DNA from: Selaginella moellendorffii
Taxonomy: Eukaryota > Plantae > Lycopodiophyta
DNA: 64,000 nt
Assembly: GCF_000143415.4 (NCBI RefSeq)
Contig: NW_003314370.1
Location: 489,517-553,516, forward strand
Reading direction: 5' to 3'
This document shows positions 1 through 11,027 of this stretch, in pieces. How positions within the stretch are numbered: the first letter of the stretch is position 1; every line of letters begins with the position of its first letter. Under the pieces are notes generated by a model. The model was not told the origin of the DNA and ran no database searches. It saw only the letters and a list, made by a program, of their open reading frames with translations. The translations under genes were made by a program, and so were the position numbers.

Positions 1-1367
1 GAGCTCGAGACGAAGTCGTGCTCGAGCATATGATCCTCGAAAAGCCGCTGCGCTTGAGTGATATGCCCCGACTCGGCATAGGCCGCCACCATTGCCGTGA
101 AGGAGAAAACGTTCCCACACGCCGTCTCCTCAAACACCATCTCGGCTTCTCTCAGCTTTCCATCTTCCCGGAGCATTGCCAGCACCGAGTTCCACACCAC
201 TAAGCTCTTCTCCGGGATCTTCTCGAGGAGCTCCAGTACCTGTTCGAAGCAGCCACTCCGGATAAGAACAGCCACCATGCTCGTCACCGAGGTCCCACTC
301 CACTGCGGCATCATTGTCTCGAAAATCTTCCTCGCGGCTTCCAGTTCTTCGCAGCAGCCGAGGAGAGCGTTCCAGCTGACGAGACTGTGGCTCGGCATCT
401 CGCGGAAGATCGCAACAGCGAGCTCGTAGCGTCCGGATCGAGAAGCCCCGCAGAGCAGCGTGTTCCACGAGATCAAATCCCATTCCGGGAGCTCCAACCG
501 GAAGAACTCCCTGGCTTCTTCCATATGATCGTTCTGAGCATAGGCCGACAGCACCGAGTTCCACGAGACAAGATCCCACACTGGCATTTTCCAGAAGAGA
601 GCACTAGCTTCTTTCACGAGTCTCATCTGTGAATACGCTGCTACTGCAGTGGAGTAAGAAACCATGTCACTGTCCGGCATGATCGAGAAAAGGAGTTCAA
701 GTTCTTCTATAAACCCGGCCTGGGAATAAAGAGCCAGCATCGTGTTCCAGGACCTGTTATTCCGCAGTGGCATCCGGGCGAAGATCTCTTCGGCCATCTC
801 CACCTCTCCATTCCGCGAATACCCCGCGAGCATCGCGTTCCAGGAGAGAATGTCTCGGTCATCGCCCATCTCGTCAAAGATCTCTTGTGCCTCGTCCATG
901 CGATCGCTCTGGACGTAGCTCCCGAGAACTACGTTCCAGACGACGGTGTCATGGCGAGGCATCGCTTCCAGCACCAACTTTGCATCATCGACGTGCCCGT
1001 TCTGGGCATAAGCTGTGACGAGCGTCGTCCACGAAACTATGTCCCGTCTCTCCATTCGATCGAAGAGCTCTCTGGCTTCTCCCAGGCGCCTGTTCTTGGT
1101 GTAAGCAGCGAACATAAGTTCCCAAGAAAAGGTGTTTCTCCGAAGTCCCAAAGTGTCGAAGATCTTGCGAGCTTGGTCTGGGCCACCGCACCTTCCATAC
1201 ATTTGGATGAGCTTGTTTGAGAGGAATGTATCCTTGGTCGCGCCGATGTGTGCGTGCGCAGCCAAAGCCTTTGACAAGCTCTTGGACGACTCGATGAGCT
1301 CGAGGTATCTCTTGAACTGCTCATCGTTCTTTGCCTGTGAGTTCTTTCCCGACTTAACTGGAACCAT
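1..1367 (-). CDS. PLS-class pentatricopeptide repeat protein rich in short (S/SS) motifs; 3' part runs off the left window edge
   Basis: Hand translation of the minus strand from ATG 1367 is open to base 1 (MVPVKSGK...LIQMYGRCG...RDIVSWTTLVTAYAQNGHVDDAK...DILSWNAMLAGYSRNG...NVFSFTAMVAAYAESGH). It shows ~31-aa repeats and is absent from the ORF track because no stop lies inside the window. Confidence 0.92.
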   Translation of the reverse strand, partial: MVPVKSGKNSQAKNDEQFKRYLELIESSKSLSKALAAHAHIGATKDTFLSNKLIQMYGRCGGPDQARKIFDTLGLRRNTFSWELMFAAYTKNRRLGEARELFDRMERRDIVSWTTLVTAYAQNGHVDDAKLVLEAMPRHDTVVWNVVLGSYVQSDRMDEAQEIFDEMGDDRDILSWNAMLAGYSRNGEVEMAEEIFARMPLRNNRSWNTMLALYSQAGFIEELELLFSIMPDSDMVSYSTAVAAYSQMRLVKEASALFWKMPVWDLVSWNSVLSAYAQNDHMEEAREFFRLELPEWDLISWNTLLCGASRSGRYELAVAIFREMPSHSLVSWNALLGCCEELEAARKIFETMMPQWSGTSVTSMVAVLIRSGCFEQVLELLEKIPEKSLVVWNSVLAMLREDGKLREAEMVFEETACGNVFSFTAMVAAYAESGHITQAQRLFEDHMLEHDFVSS

Positions 1368-1533
1368 AGATCTATGACTTCGCCATCTTTCCTGAATGAG
1401 AAGAACAGCTTTTCCTTGAAAGCCAGCTTTACCTTACTACTGCTCTACTTGTACAGCATGCTCAAATCCTCTGCTTTGATTCTTATTCCATTTCTTCCAC
1501 TCCCAGCAAGTTCCATTGGTATCGGTCCCTGAT

Positions 1534-4500
1534 TCAAACGAGCTTATAAGATCCATTCCACGGGAGAATTTTTTTACCTGGATGTTGTGGTCTGCGACGT
1601 CGGCGTGACCAGTTCGCATTGAAAATCGGTTTCTTCGGGACATGCACAAGCTTCATGAGGCAAGCGAGAGGGATGCTGAGACAACAAAGGAAAAGCACAA
1701 CAAAAAATTGAGAACTTCGTAATATTTCGCGATGACGAACCTTAGAAAGCCAATACCAACACACAGGAGCCAGTAGTGAATGACAAGTCGGGTTGTCTTG
1801 AAGTACTTGCCGAGGAACTCGATGATCACAATCTACAATCAACATGGCTTCTTTGAGTAAATAGCAAACGCTTGACAACAAAAAACCTGGATCACAGAAG
1901 TAACGCCTATGACGGTGCAAAACAGATAACTCTGAAAGACTCCCTTGAGCACATTGAGTTTCTGGAGCTTCCTTGCGTTGATTTCGTTAAAAACCTGGCA
2001 TCCACAAAATCAACACATCTGAATAGAGGATTTTTAAACTACCTGGCATAACACAAAAGAGTTGAAAATGATCGTGTTTCGTAGTACGATCTTTTGAGCC
2101 GGGCTTCCCTTCAAATGTAATATCTGATCGCCTCTGAAATACAGCACCAGCAGCACGGCAACCTGATATGCAGCCTGCCGAAAATAGTGTAAGGATTTAA
2201 CCGAAAAGGAGCTACTTGAGTTCGAGAACGCAACCTGGCCAAAGATGTTTCTCCACATGACATTTGTGACCAACGGCTCGCTTGAAAACATCAAGAATTG
2301 AGCAAAACGCGCGGACTTCCAAAGCTTGCTTTGTACCTTAGTCCGATAGGAGCTCTTTCCATCATTTCTTCTGTTGGAGGCTCTGTTGCTAGTGCTAAAG
2401 CCCCAAGCGTGTCCATTATCAGGTTCACCCATAGCAACTGATTAAAAAACAGTGTCAAAAGGTTGTAAGAAAACAATTGAGTAAATTTTCAAACCTGTAC
2501 AGTGTTAAGTGGTACATTTTCAGATCTCCCAGCAGCTACCAAATTAGTCGAAAGGGCAGCAAGGTTAACTGTGAGTTGAAACTGTATAAACTTTTGGATA
2601 TTCTCGTAAACACTACGACCCCAGTGCACCACCTACACATTTATAAAATGTTTTACTTGTAAGATATAAAAAAAAATACAAAGAGCTTACTTTGACAACC
2701 GACGCAAAGTTATCATCCAGAATAATAATGTCTGAGCTTTCCTTTGCGACTTCAGTGCCTATAATTCCCATGGATAGCCCAATATGTGCCTAGAACAAAC
2801 AAATCAGCAACACGAGCATGAAAGGAAGTATCATATTTCTCAAACCTCGCGCAATGCAGGAGCATCGTTTGTGCCATCGCCCGTGACAGCAACGATTTCA
2901 TTGAGAGACTTTAAGGTTTTGACCAGAAGAAGCTTATCAGATGGAGTTGATCTTGCAAGAACCTGCGTAGGACGTCCAGCACAGTGAACACAATTGGAAG
3001 TAAGCATCAGATCTTACGTCTATCTTTGGGACAATTTGAAATCTTTCATTGTCGGTAAGGTTTCTGAAAAAACTCCCCTCGCAGACTAATCCACCAGGCA
3101 TGAGGATGCCACACTCGCTCGCGATGGCCCTGGCCGTCAAAACATTGTCACCAGTAACCATTCGAACCTTAAAGACAACATCAGAACCAACATGAAAGTT
3201 GGTAAAAGGAAAAATTAATATACTTTCACTCCTGCGTCTTGACATTTTCGAACAGCTTCTCGCACACCAGGCCGGCAAGGATCCTACAAAAAGGTGATGC
3301 ATAGAATCCACTTCGTTAGTACATTGGTCTTATGTTGTAAATATTAGTATATGAATGAAAGAATATGAGTCACCTTAATGCCGACTAAGGCGACAAACGT
3401 GAGGCCAGCCGTTGGAATTGGCCTCCCATCCATGGAGTTATATGTTTTAATTGCGAATGCGAGACAGCGCAAGGTGGAAGCAGCCATATGAGTTAACGTC
3501 CCGTGGATTGAGCTTACCTGTGCAAAAGGTTTTAGAGAGTACACAATCTACGTATGTGCTTACCATCTCGCTAGATAATACCTTCTCTGTTCCTTCTCCA
3601 TCCAGCCAGTTCTCGCAAAGATCCAAAATAATCTCAGCTGCTCCTTTCCAGAGGGCACACAACGTTCCATTATTTCGCTGCATGGGCTTATGAATCAGAT
3701 AAACAAGATGACTGTTGATACCTTAATTGCAACTCCTGCCATTTTCTTCGTTGAGTTGAATGGTTCAACAGCTATTATAGAAGATGCAGCTCTAACAGTT
3801 GAATAGTCCATGCCAAGCTTTTGTTAAGAAAACACAAACACACATATCACCATATCAGATAAATCGTTTGTACTCATTGTCTATACCTGTAATCCCCAAG
3901 AAAGAAGAGCTTTTTCTGTGGGACTTCCGGCAACCTCAGGAACTCCATTTCTCTGTCCCCGATGTCAGCAACTCCAGTTGACTAAAAAAATGTCCGGAAA
4001 ACTTACGTCCAGTGTATAGTAAACACTTCCAGCAGAATTGTGTGCAACCCCGTCAAAGATCACGCTTGTGACTGCATCTGGAAGGCCTCTTATCTCGTGG
4101 AAGCTTCTTGTTTGCCCGGCAACCCAGGACTCGATTACAGTCATCTAGAATCGGTATCATATGACTGAGTGGAAAAAACCAGGTATAAAAAATACCTGGT
4201 TCATCGTAAGCGTGCCTGTCTTGTCACTACAGATAGTGGTCGCGGATCCCATTGTCTCGCAAGCAGCCAAATGGCGTACTAGCGATTTATGGGTCATCAA
4301 CTTGCGCATAGAGTAAGCAAGACTAGACATCCACCACATAGAAAATCAAAACAAGGATAGCGATGAAAGGCACTCACCTCAGAGTAACGGCAAGTGGAAG
4401 GCCTTCTGGAACAGCAACGACTAGAATAGTTACCTATCACAACCAAAACAATTAAAACCATGCAAAGTTGATAGGTGTCGATTGATAAAACAGCAAGAAA

Positions 4501-6294
4501 GTGGTCATGGAAATCGAGGAGTGTGTAAACAACCACTTACAGCAACCGAGAGGATGTTGACATTTCTTTTGAAAACCGCTACAGCTTTCTTATCTTTCTT
4601 GTAGTCTTCAACGAAGTACCTGTCATTGCTTGAAACGTTCAGAAAGAATGACACTGAGTAATAGTTCCGAACCTTATGAACAGCATGGAGAAACAAATGA
4701 TTGCTACCGCCAAACCAATCGCTCCAATAACAGTCGCTGCTCCAGCAAGCCTCATCTATACGAGAATTTTTCAAATACAAGTGCCTATTGACGTCGAAAA
4801 TCACTCACTTGTAAAGGCGTTTCTTCGTCACTGATATCGTCCGTAAGTGCTGCCATTGCTCGACCCCATTCAGTGTTTATTCCAACGCTAGTGATCTACA
4901 TTGCAATATATATAAGGAGAGCTTATCAAGAATGCTTTACCAGAATAGTGCCGTATCCATCCACAACTTTACATCCAGACATAAAAAATGGATGATCAAG
5001 TCCTTTGGACATCTACAAAAAGTAGCTTTGAATGGATTCAAAGCAAATCAAATGACACTTACAGGGTCGCTTTCGCCTGTCAAGCTCGACTCGTCCACCA
5101 CCAGCGAATACCCCTCAACCAGAACGCCGTCAGCAGGTATCTGATCACCAGTTTTGAGCGGTACAACATCGCCCACTACAAGCTCAAAAATGGAGACTCC
5201 AATCCGTCGTCCTCCTCTCAAGACCTGCGTAAAAGCCCTAAGTAAGACAACAAATTGGATCACCTCACCTCGACGTGTATTTTCCGTTTTTCGGCATTTA
5301 AGCGCTGGAACTGTAACGATTGCTTGTAATCACTGCAAGCTGGTAGGAGCATAATGTAAGACGACATAGTATCAACTTAACACTTGTACCGGTAACGCAG
5401 ACGACAAGAATCACAGTAAAAGCGATGCTTGCACCATCATACCAAGATGCCTACACAGTGTAACAAAAGCCGCAAATGGAAACTAGTTGCTAAACTTTGA
5501 ACAAACTTTACCTTTGTAGCCAAGGCAAGAGCCAGCGAGACGACTGCACAAACACCTAGAATAACGAGTGTCAAATCTTGGCATGCCTCCCATAGAAAAG
5601 CCTGCAAAACAAAACATTGATCTCCTGCGCATTCAGATAAGATCAACAAGCAATACCAGGAAGCCTTTTGGCGACTGCTGAGGATAAGTGTTGCTCCCAT
5701 ACAGCAGTCGCCTTCTTTCGATCTTTGGAACCTCGTCTTCGATCCCATTCTTTGTGCTGGTCGAAAGAGCTTTCGCCAATCCATCAACCTGGGGAGTAAA
5801 ATGAGAATCAAGCTGAGTTGTCTATCTGTCTTACTCCTCCCAGCTGCTCTAGCAGCTCTAAGTTGTGATCAGCAACAAGCGTGACTAACTCTTTCCTGTC
5901 GATTCCAGCTAACTTGCCTGCTTCTTTAAAACGAAATATAGCCTGAGCATGTTCATGTGACGAGAGCACATTGTCAAGATCAAAATGATGACAGGCTTAC
6001 TCTTATGACATTCGTTCCAAGCCTGAATTTTCTGGATGGAGAGTTAGGCGAGCTTTGAGAGGTCATCTGGACACACTGCTCTGAATTGCATTTGAAGCGC
6101 TGGATGGCGTTTATCACCAGCGTTGCTTGCTGTCCCGAGAAGAAAAGAAAAACGTGAAGAAAGCTCCTGCCAACTGGAGGAATTGAGCTTACCCTCCATC
6201 GCTCCAGATAAGAAGTTCCTTCCTCTTCTTCCCCAAGCCGGCGCCACGGCGATGACAGAGGCGAGCATCTGGGAGTGCATCCGTCGAAGCTCAT
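1534..6294 (-). CDS. ACA: Autoinhibited P2B-type Ca2+-ATPase (ACA8/9/10-like), many short introns
   Basis: N-terminal CaM-binding segment ERWR|[13 protein letters not shown]; motifs [73 protein letters not shown]. The last exon stops at 1534, or at 1437 if there is one more intron. Confidence 0.95.
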
Positions 6295-7509
6295 GATCCA
6301 GATTTGGAAAGGAGAGAAAGAAGAAGAACAAAACGAAAGAAATGTGATGGAAGATTTTGTCCTCTAGGAAGAACCAAATTTTACCAGGAGAAGACAAAGA
6401 GCGAACTAATTTCTACTTGAGACGAAGAGACTGCCTGGGGCAAACTTTTATAAGGAAATTTGCCTAAGAAAATGAGTTAAGATTAAAAACTTTAATTTGA
6501 ATACAATTGTGAACTTTAATGCCATGTTGTCATATTACATTGTCAAGTTTTGTCTAGCTCTCTAAATGTAATTATTGATATCCATGTTTAAATTAAAGTA
6601 TAAAGTCAACCATTTCTAAAGAAATTTTCTATATAGTAAATTTTTTTGTGAGTTCAAAACTATAAAGTAAAATAACATATCTCCATTCTTAATATTTGTA
6701 GAAAAATTCAACTGAATTAAAATTAATAGATAGATAAAAGTATTTTACTTTCATAACTCTACATGCATTTTCATTTTTGTTTTTTAACATATCAATAAAA
6801 AATTATTATTAAATAAAATCATTTAATGTACTTTGATTTTTACAAATATAGAAAAAAGACTTCTAGAAACAGGTCCTTAGAAATTTATGAAATAAATTAT
6901 TTACCAGCCTTTCTAATTTAAATTATATAAAACAATTAGATTGAGTTTGGGAAATTTAGTTTATGAGAAGTTTACTATATTTCTTTTTCCTTTTGCCATG
7001 GAAATCCCTTTTTTTATTAAGAAATTACCTTTTTTAGCTTGAAAAGAGAGAAATGAAGTGTATTATATGTACCAGTAACATATAGTTAATACTTTTTAAA
7101 TAACTTATTTCAACATTTATGACTTAGATATTTATAATAAGTATAATTTACTTGAAATGTTTTTTTGAGATTCCAATATATTTTTAAATAGGTTATAACA
7201 TTATACTATATGTAATCCTGTTATAAAGAAGCATCTAATATACCAAGTTTTATATAATGATAGGTTTGTTTATGTGAGAAACCTCCAAGTGAGGATCATC
7301 ATCTCATGTGGGATTTCAAGTGTCGAAGTATGGATTCAGTAAGTAAGAATTATGTTTTGCACTTGAAATTGGGATTGATCAATGGAGATTGATATGGTCA
7401 GTTCACAATTGGCATTTATATAAAATGTCCAAAAAAAATTCCATATCGTTTGAAAACAACGTTGGTAGCATAATATCGTGATAATTGAAGCAGGGTATAA
7501 CCAAATATA

Positions 7510-9238
7510 TTACTTAAGACAATCTGGCAGTGGTGTGTCTGTGAGAGCAAACAGCATCTTGAGGCCAGTCTGCAGATCATGTGGAGGATAGCAGTATGTA
7601 CCAAAGGGAGAAGCTCCACACTCCATCAGCACACTGCAAGTCACTGGCTCGTCGAACAGGCACGCTACACCAAGAGCAGTGTTCACGGGATCCACTTTGG
7701 TGTCGATCACGCTCCGCTCTTGGCACACACGAGCCACTAGGCGGACAATCTCCGGAGGCTGGTCGTCCACAACAAGGCCCAAGGCACAATTCCCCTGGCC
7801 ATCTTGCAGTGTCGGATCTGCTCCAGCTTTCAGCAGGAGCTGCAGCCTCTCCATACAGTTCCTTCCAGATAGCGCATTGTTGAGGGGTAGTATACCTTCA
7901 TACGCCTTGTTCGGAGATAAGCCGAGGCGTAAAAGCATCTCAAGCAGCTCCGGATTCTCTGTTTCGCACAGCTCCTTGGGTGCCAAACTGTTGAGATGAG
8001 TCTGGGAATTGCCGTTATCATCCAAGGCATCCATTACAGCTTGCATGCCATTCACCACCGCGTAGAGATAAGGCCACACTCCACTTCTCGCTGGAAAAAG
8101 AGAAAAACCTTACTATGTATGTCTTTGAACAACTTTGGGAAGAATACCTCTGCCCGTGGCGTTGGCACCATTGTCCACCAGAAACTTGACCAAGTCGAGA
8201 TCAGGAGCCTGGTACTGCAAAGCAGCCAGCAGCGGAGTGTTGCCATGAACAGGGTCGACAAAGTCAAGACTATCCAGCAGAACCACAATCTCATACGCGA
8301 CTTGCGTTCTCCCCTCACTGATACTTTCCACCAGCCGAGTTCGTAGCTCATCCGTTTGAGCTACCAGCAGCGCTGGATCATGCAAAGGGTCCGCCCAGAG
8401 ACTACCGAGGAAGTGCGCAGGATAGAACCTCATGCCACTCAGCCGCGGAGAGTAAGCTGTCATGTCTAAGAATCTGGGAGCTTCAAGTCTGTCCATCTTC
8501 ACTGCCCCCTGTTCATGATCCAAGTATGCCACCAGAACAACCGAGCCCGGGACCACAAACCCGAACGTAGCAGCTTTCGTGAGCTCGGCTTGCCAGGTAA
8601 CTCCACGCTTGGCATCCTCCTCCGACTCGTAGAACTGGATGAGCACGAGAATGCCCACACCCTCAAGAGCCATCTTGCCGGAGCTCATAGCCGACTCACT
8701 GCTCGTATCGAAGCTGCGTTTCTCGGAGATGGCGATCTCAGGGCCTAGCAGTTGTCCGTCACTACACCGGAACCAAGTGAAGGAGCTTGACACGCAGTAG
8801 TCGCACGAACAGCACCGGTTGCGCCTGGAATACGCGAGTAGCTCACTGACGAGCTGGGAAAACGAAAACATACACGGCCTGCGGATCACAAGCCTGCCAT
8901 CCACCATCTTGAAGATCAGCTCGCACCTGCGCGTCATCTCGTGCAGCGGGATCTTCACATCGGGCGGAAGCGCAATCTCGACGATATTGGATGGCTGCTT
9001 CCCGATTTCGATGTGCGATCCAGCAGGAAGCTCGACTTGCTGCCCCCAGAAGCTGTGGGTGCTGCCCTCTCCACAATCCAAGCGAAATTCCTGGCTAGCC
9101 ATGGCGTGACATGAAATTTCGCAAACAGTACACTCAATCGCTCACCTGGGACGGGCCTTCCGTGGCCGCCTTGCGCGGCCTCTGCCTTTTCATTGCCCTA
9201 ACCATAAACCCTAGTCCTTCATCTTCATTTCCCGCCAT
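7510..9238 (-). CDS. Degenerate Uma2-like (PD-(D/E)xK fold) domain fused to C-terminal ankyrin repeats; exons 9238-9146, 9090-8148, 8090-7510
   Basis: GT-AG introns 9145-9091 (55 bp) and 8147-8091 (57 bp) join the ORFs in frame. Ankyrin motifs: GNTPLLAAL..LVKFLVDNGAN, LLLKAGADPTLQDGQGNCAL. The N-terminal half resembles the Uma2 pattern. The start could be 9238, 9205 or 9193. Confidence 0.8.
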
Positions 9239-9251
9239 AATTTTAAATGGA

Positions 9252-9315
9252 AGTCAATGAAACTCAACCCAGTCACTGAAAAGTCAAAGTAAACGAGAGT
9301 CAATATATAAGTCAA
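9252..9315 (-). promoter_or_regulatory. Cluster of four W-boxes (TTGACT) plus TATA-like TATATA upstream of the Uma2-ankyrin gene
   Basis: AGTCAA at 9252, 9282, 9298 and 9310; TATATA at 9304-9309. An E2F-like TTTCCCGCC lies at 9228-9236 and a telo-box AAACCCTA near 9206. Confidence 0.5.
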
Positions 9316-9360
9316 TGTAAAGCACTTATGTGTAGCTACATTTGTGACGCGTGTCCACTC

Positions 9361-10866
9361 TCATAGTTGCTGCTCCAGGTAGTCCTCTTTGCCGCTAGCT
9401 TTGGGACTGGTAAGATAGCTCGTGATATTGGAGTAAACTCCAGAGACCCATCCTTGCGCCGCCGCTGGAATCCACGAAGGAGAGCTTGGCTGCTGGGAGC
9501 TTCGCAACTTCTCCTCCTCAATGGCCTTGAGCAAGCTCGCTTCCAATCGATAGGCCAGGTACTTCATCGTGGCTGGAGTTCCCTGCTGGACGATCTCCAG
9601 CGGCGGATCCACGAGTGGGTTCTCGTCCAGCTCCAGTGTTTTGATGTTGGTCAGCCTGCCGAAGGAGAGCGGGAGCTCGCGGATCTGGTTGTAGCGGAGG
9701 TCGAGGTGTGTGAGCGAGACCAAGTCGGCCATGGATTCTGGAAGAGCGGTGAGATCGCTGAAGTTACTGCTGGCGTCGAGAGTTTCCAGGCGGGTTAAGT
9801 TGCCGATGGCTCTTGGGAGTGATCTGAGCTTGTTGAAGTGAAGGTCGAGGTGTTTGAGAGTTTTTACCTCGCACAGCGTCGGTGGAAGGTACGTGAGAGA
9901 GTTGAGTTGGAGAGAGAGTCGCTCCAGGGAATCCATTCCTCGTCCAAAGCTCGAGGGGAGATACTCGATCTTGTTAAAGTCGGCATTGAGCTCGATCAAC
10001 GCACTGAAAATCGCGAACTTAGTCATTTGATCTAAAACAAAAGAGAAAAGTTTACCTGCATCCAGAAATCCTCTCTGGAAGCTGCTTTAGCTGGTTCCTG
10101 GAGCAGTTCAAGTACTTGAGGTTCTTCATCAAGCCAATAGAGTCTGGAAGAATTCGAAGACGGTTGGACTGCACCTGGAGCCTTTCGAGATTCGCCAGGC
10201 CAGCAATAGCATCTGGAAGTACCTGAAAAAAACAAAACAACTTAAGCTAGAACCAAGGCAAAAAAATAGCTGAAACTTCTACCTCGATCTGGTTCGTGGA
10301 TAAGTTGAGATCCACCAGCGAAGAAATCCTCCCAATGGATTCCGGGACCAACTGGAGGGACTGGTTGCAAAGATTTAGCTCGGACAATTTTTTCTCCGCG
10401 GCCTCGTCTAGCAGCCGGCTTGCCGCAAGATTCTGCCCTTGCCCCTCTTCCTTCACTGGAACCGAAGAATTCTTCTCGAGAAGAGCCTCGGCATCCTTGA
10501 GCAAATTCCCGTACAAGCGATGGAGCTCATCAAGCTGGAGAATCGCCCTCAACGGCAATCTCTCTCGCTCCGCGGCGTCCCGCGCGGCCTTCTCCTCCTC
10601 AGCCTGATCGATCGAAACAAAGAATTTTGCCCTTGGCCCTGGAGGAAATACAATACCTTAGCCTCAAGATCTTCCAAGGCGATCGACTCCAGAGCTTGCG
10701 CGAGCGACACATTCGACGCGGCGAGCGCCTGGCGCGCGTCCTCAACCTCCTGGGGATCGGGCCGCGGCCCCAGTGCCCGGATTTTCTCGCGAATTTCCGC
10801 CACGTTGAGCAGCGCCATCGCCTCGGGCGTCTTGTACCTCTCGCTTACAACCTCTTCCAATTCCAT
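9361..10866 (-). CDS. PIRL: Plant intracellular Ras-group-related LRR protein (PIRL1/9-like)
   Basis: N-terminal LGPRPDPQEVEDARQAL, acidic coiled segment, tandem LRRs (LPDSIGLMKNLKYLNCSRNQL), NPLVDPP cap and C-terminal DYLEQQL. Confidence 0.9.
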
Positions 10867-11027
10867 TTACCAAAAACCCTAGAAAACGATCAAAAAAATT
10901 CTAGGGCTGGATGGAGCACTAGAACAAGGCGAGAGAGCAATCGCTTGGCAGCATTTTCATTCTCTGAATCCATGGGATTTCTTTGCTCCATCGCTATGGT
11001 ATTCCCCGGTGATCTCGATCAAACCAC

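Noticed and set aside
18-1377. Plus-strand ORFs over the first PPR gene, and similar antisense ORFs over other GC-rich exons
   Set aside because: They are shadow ORFs of real genes on the opposite strand.
1367-1650. Possible spliced Ca-ATPase-PPR fusion protein
   Set aside because: All three frames between the last ATPase exon and the candidate intron near 1390-1432 contain stops.
6420-7500. AT-rich tract as a possible mobile element
   Set aside because: No terminal repeats, target-site duplication or coding relics could be identified.
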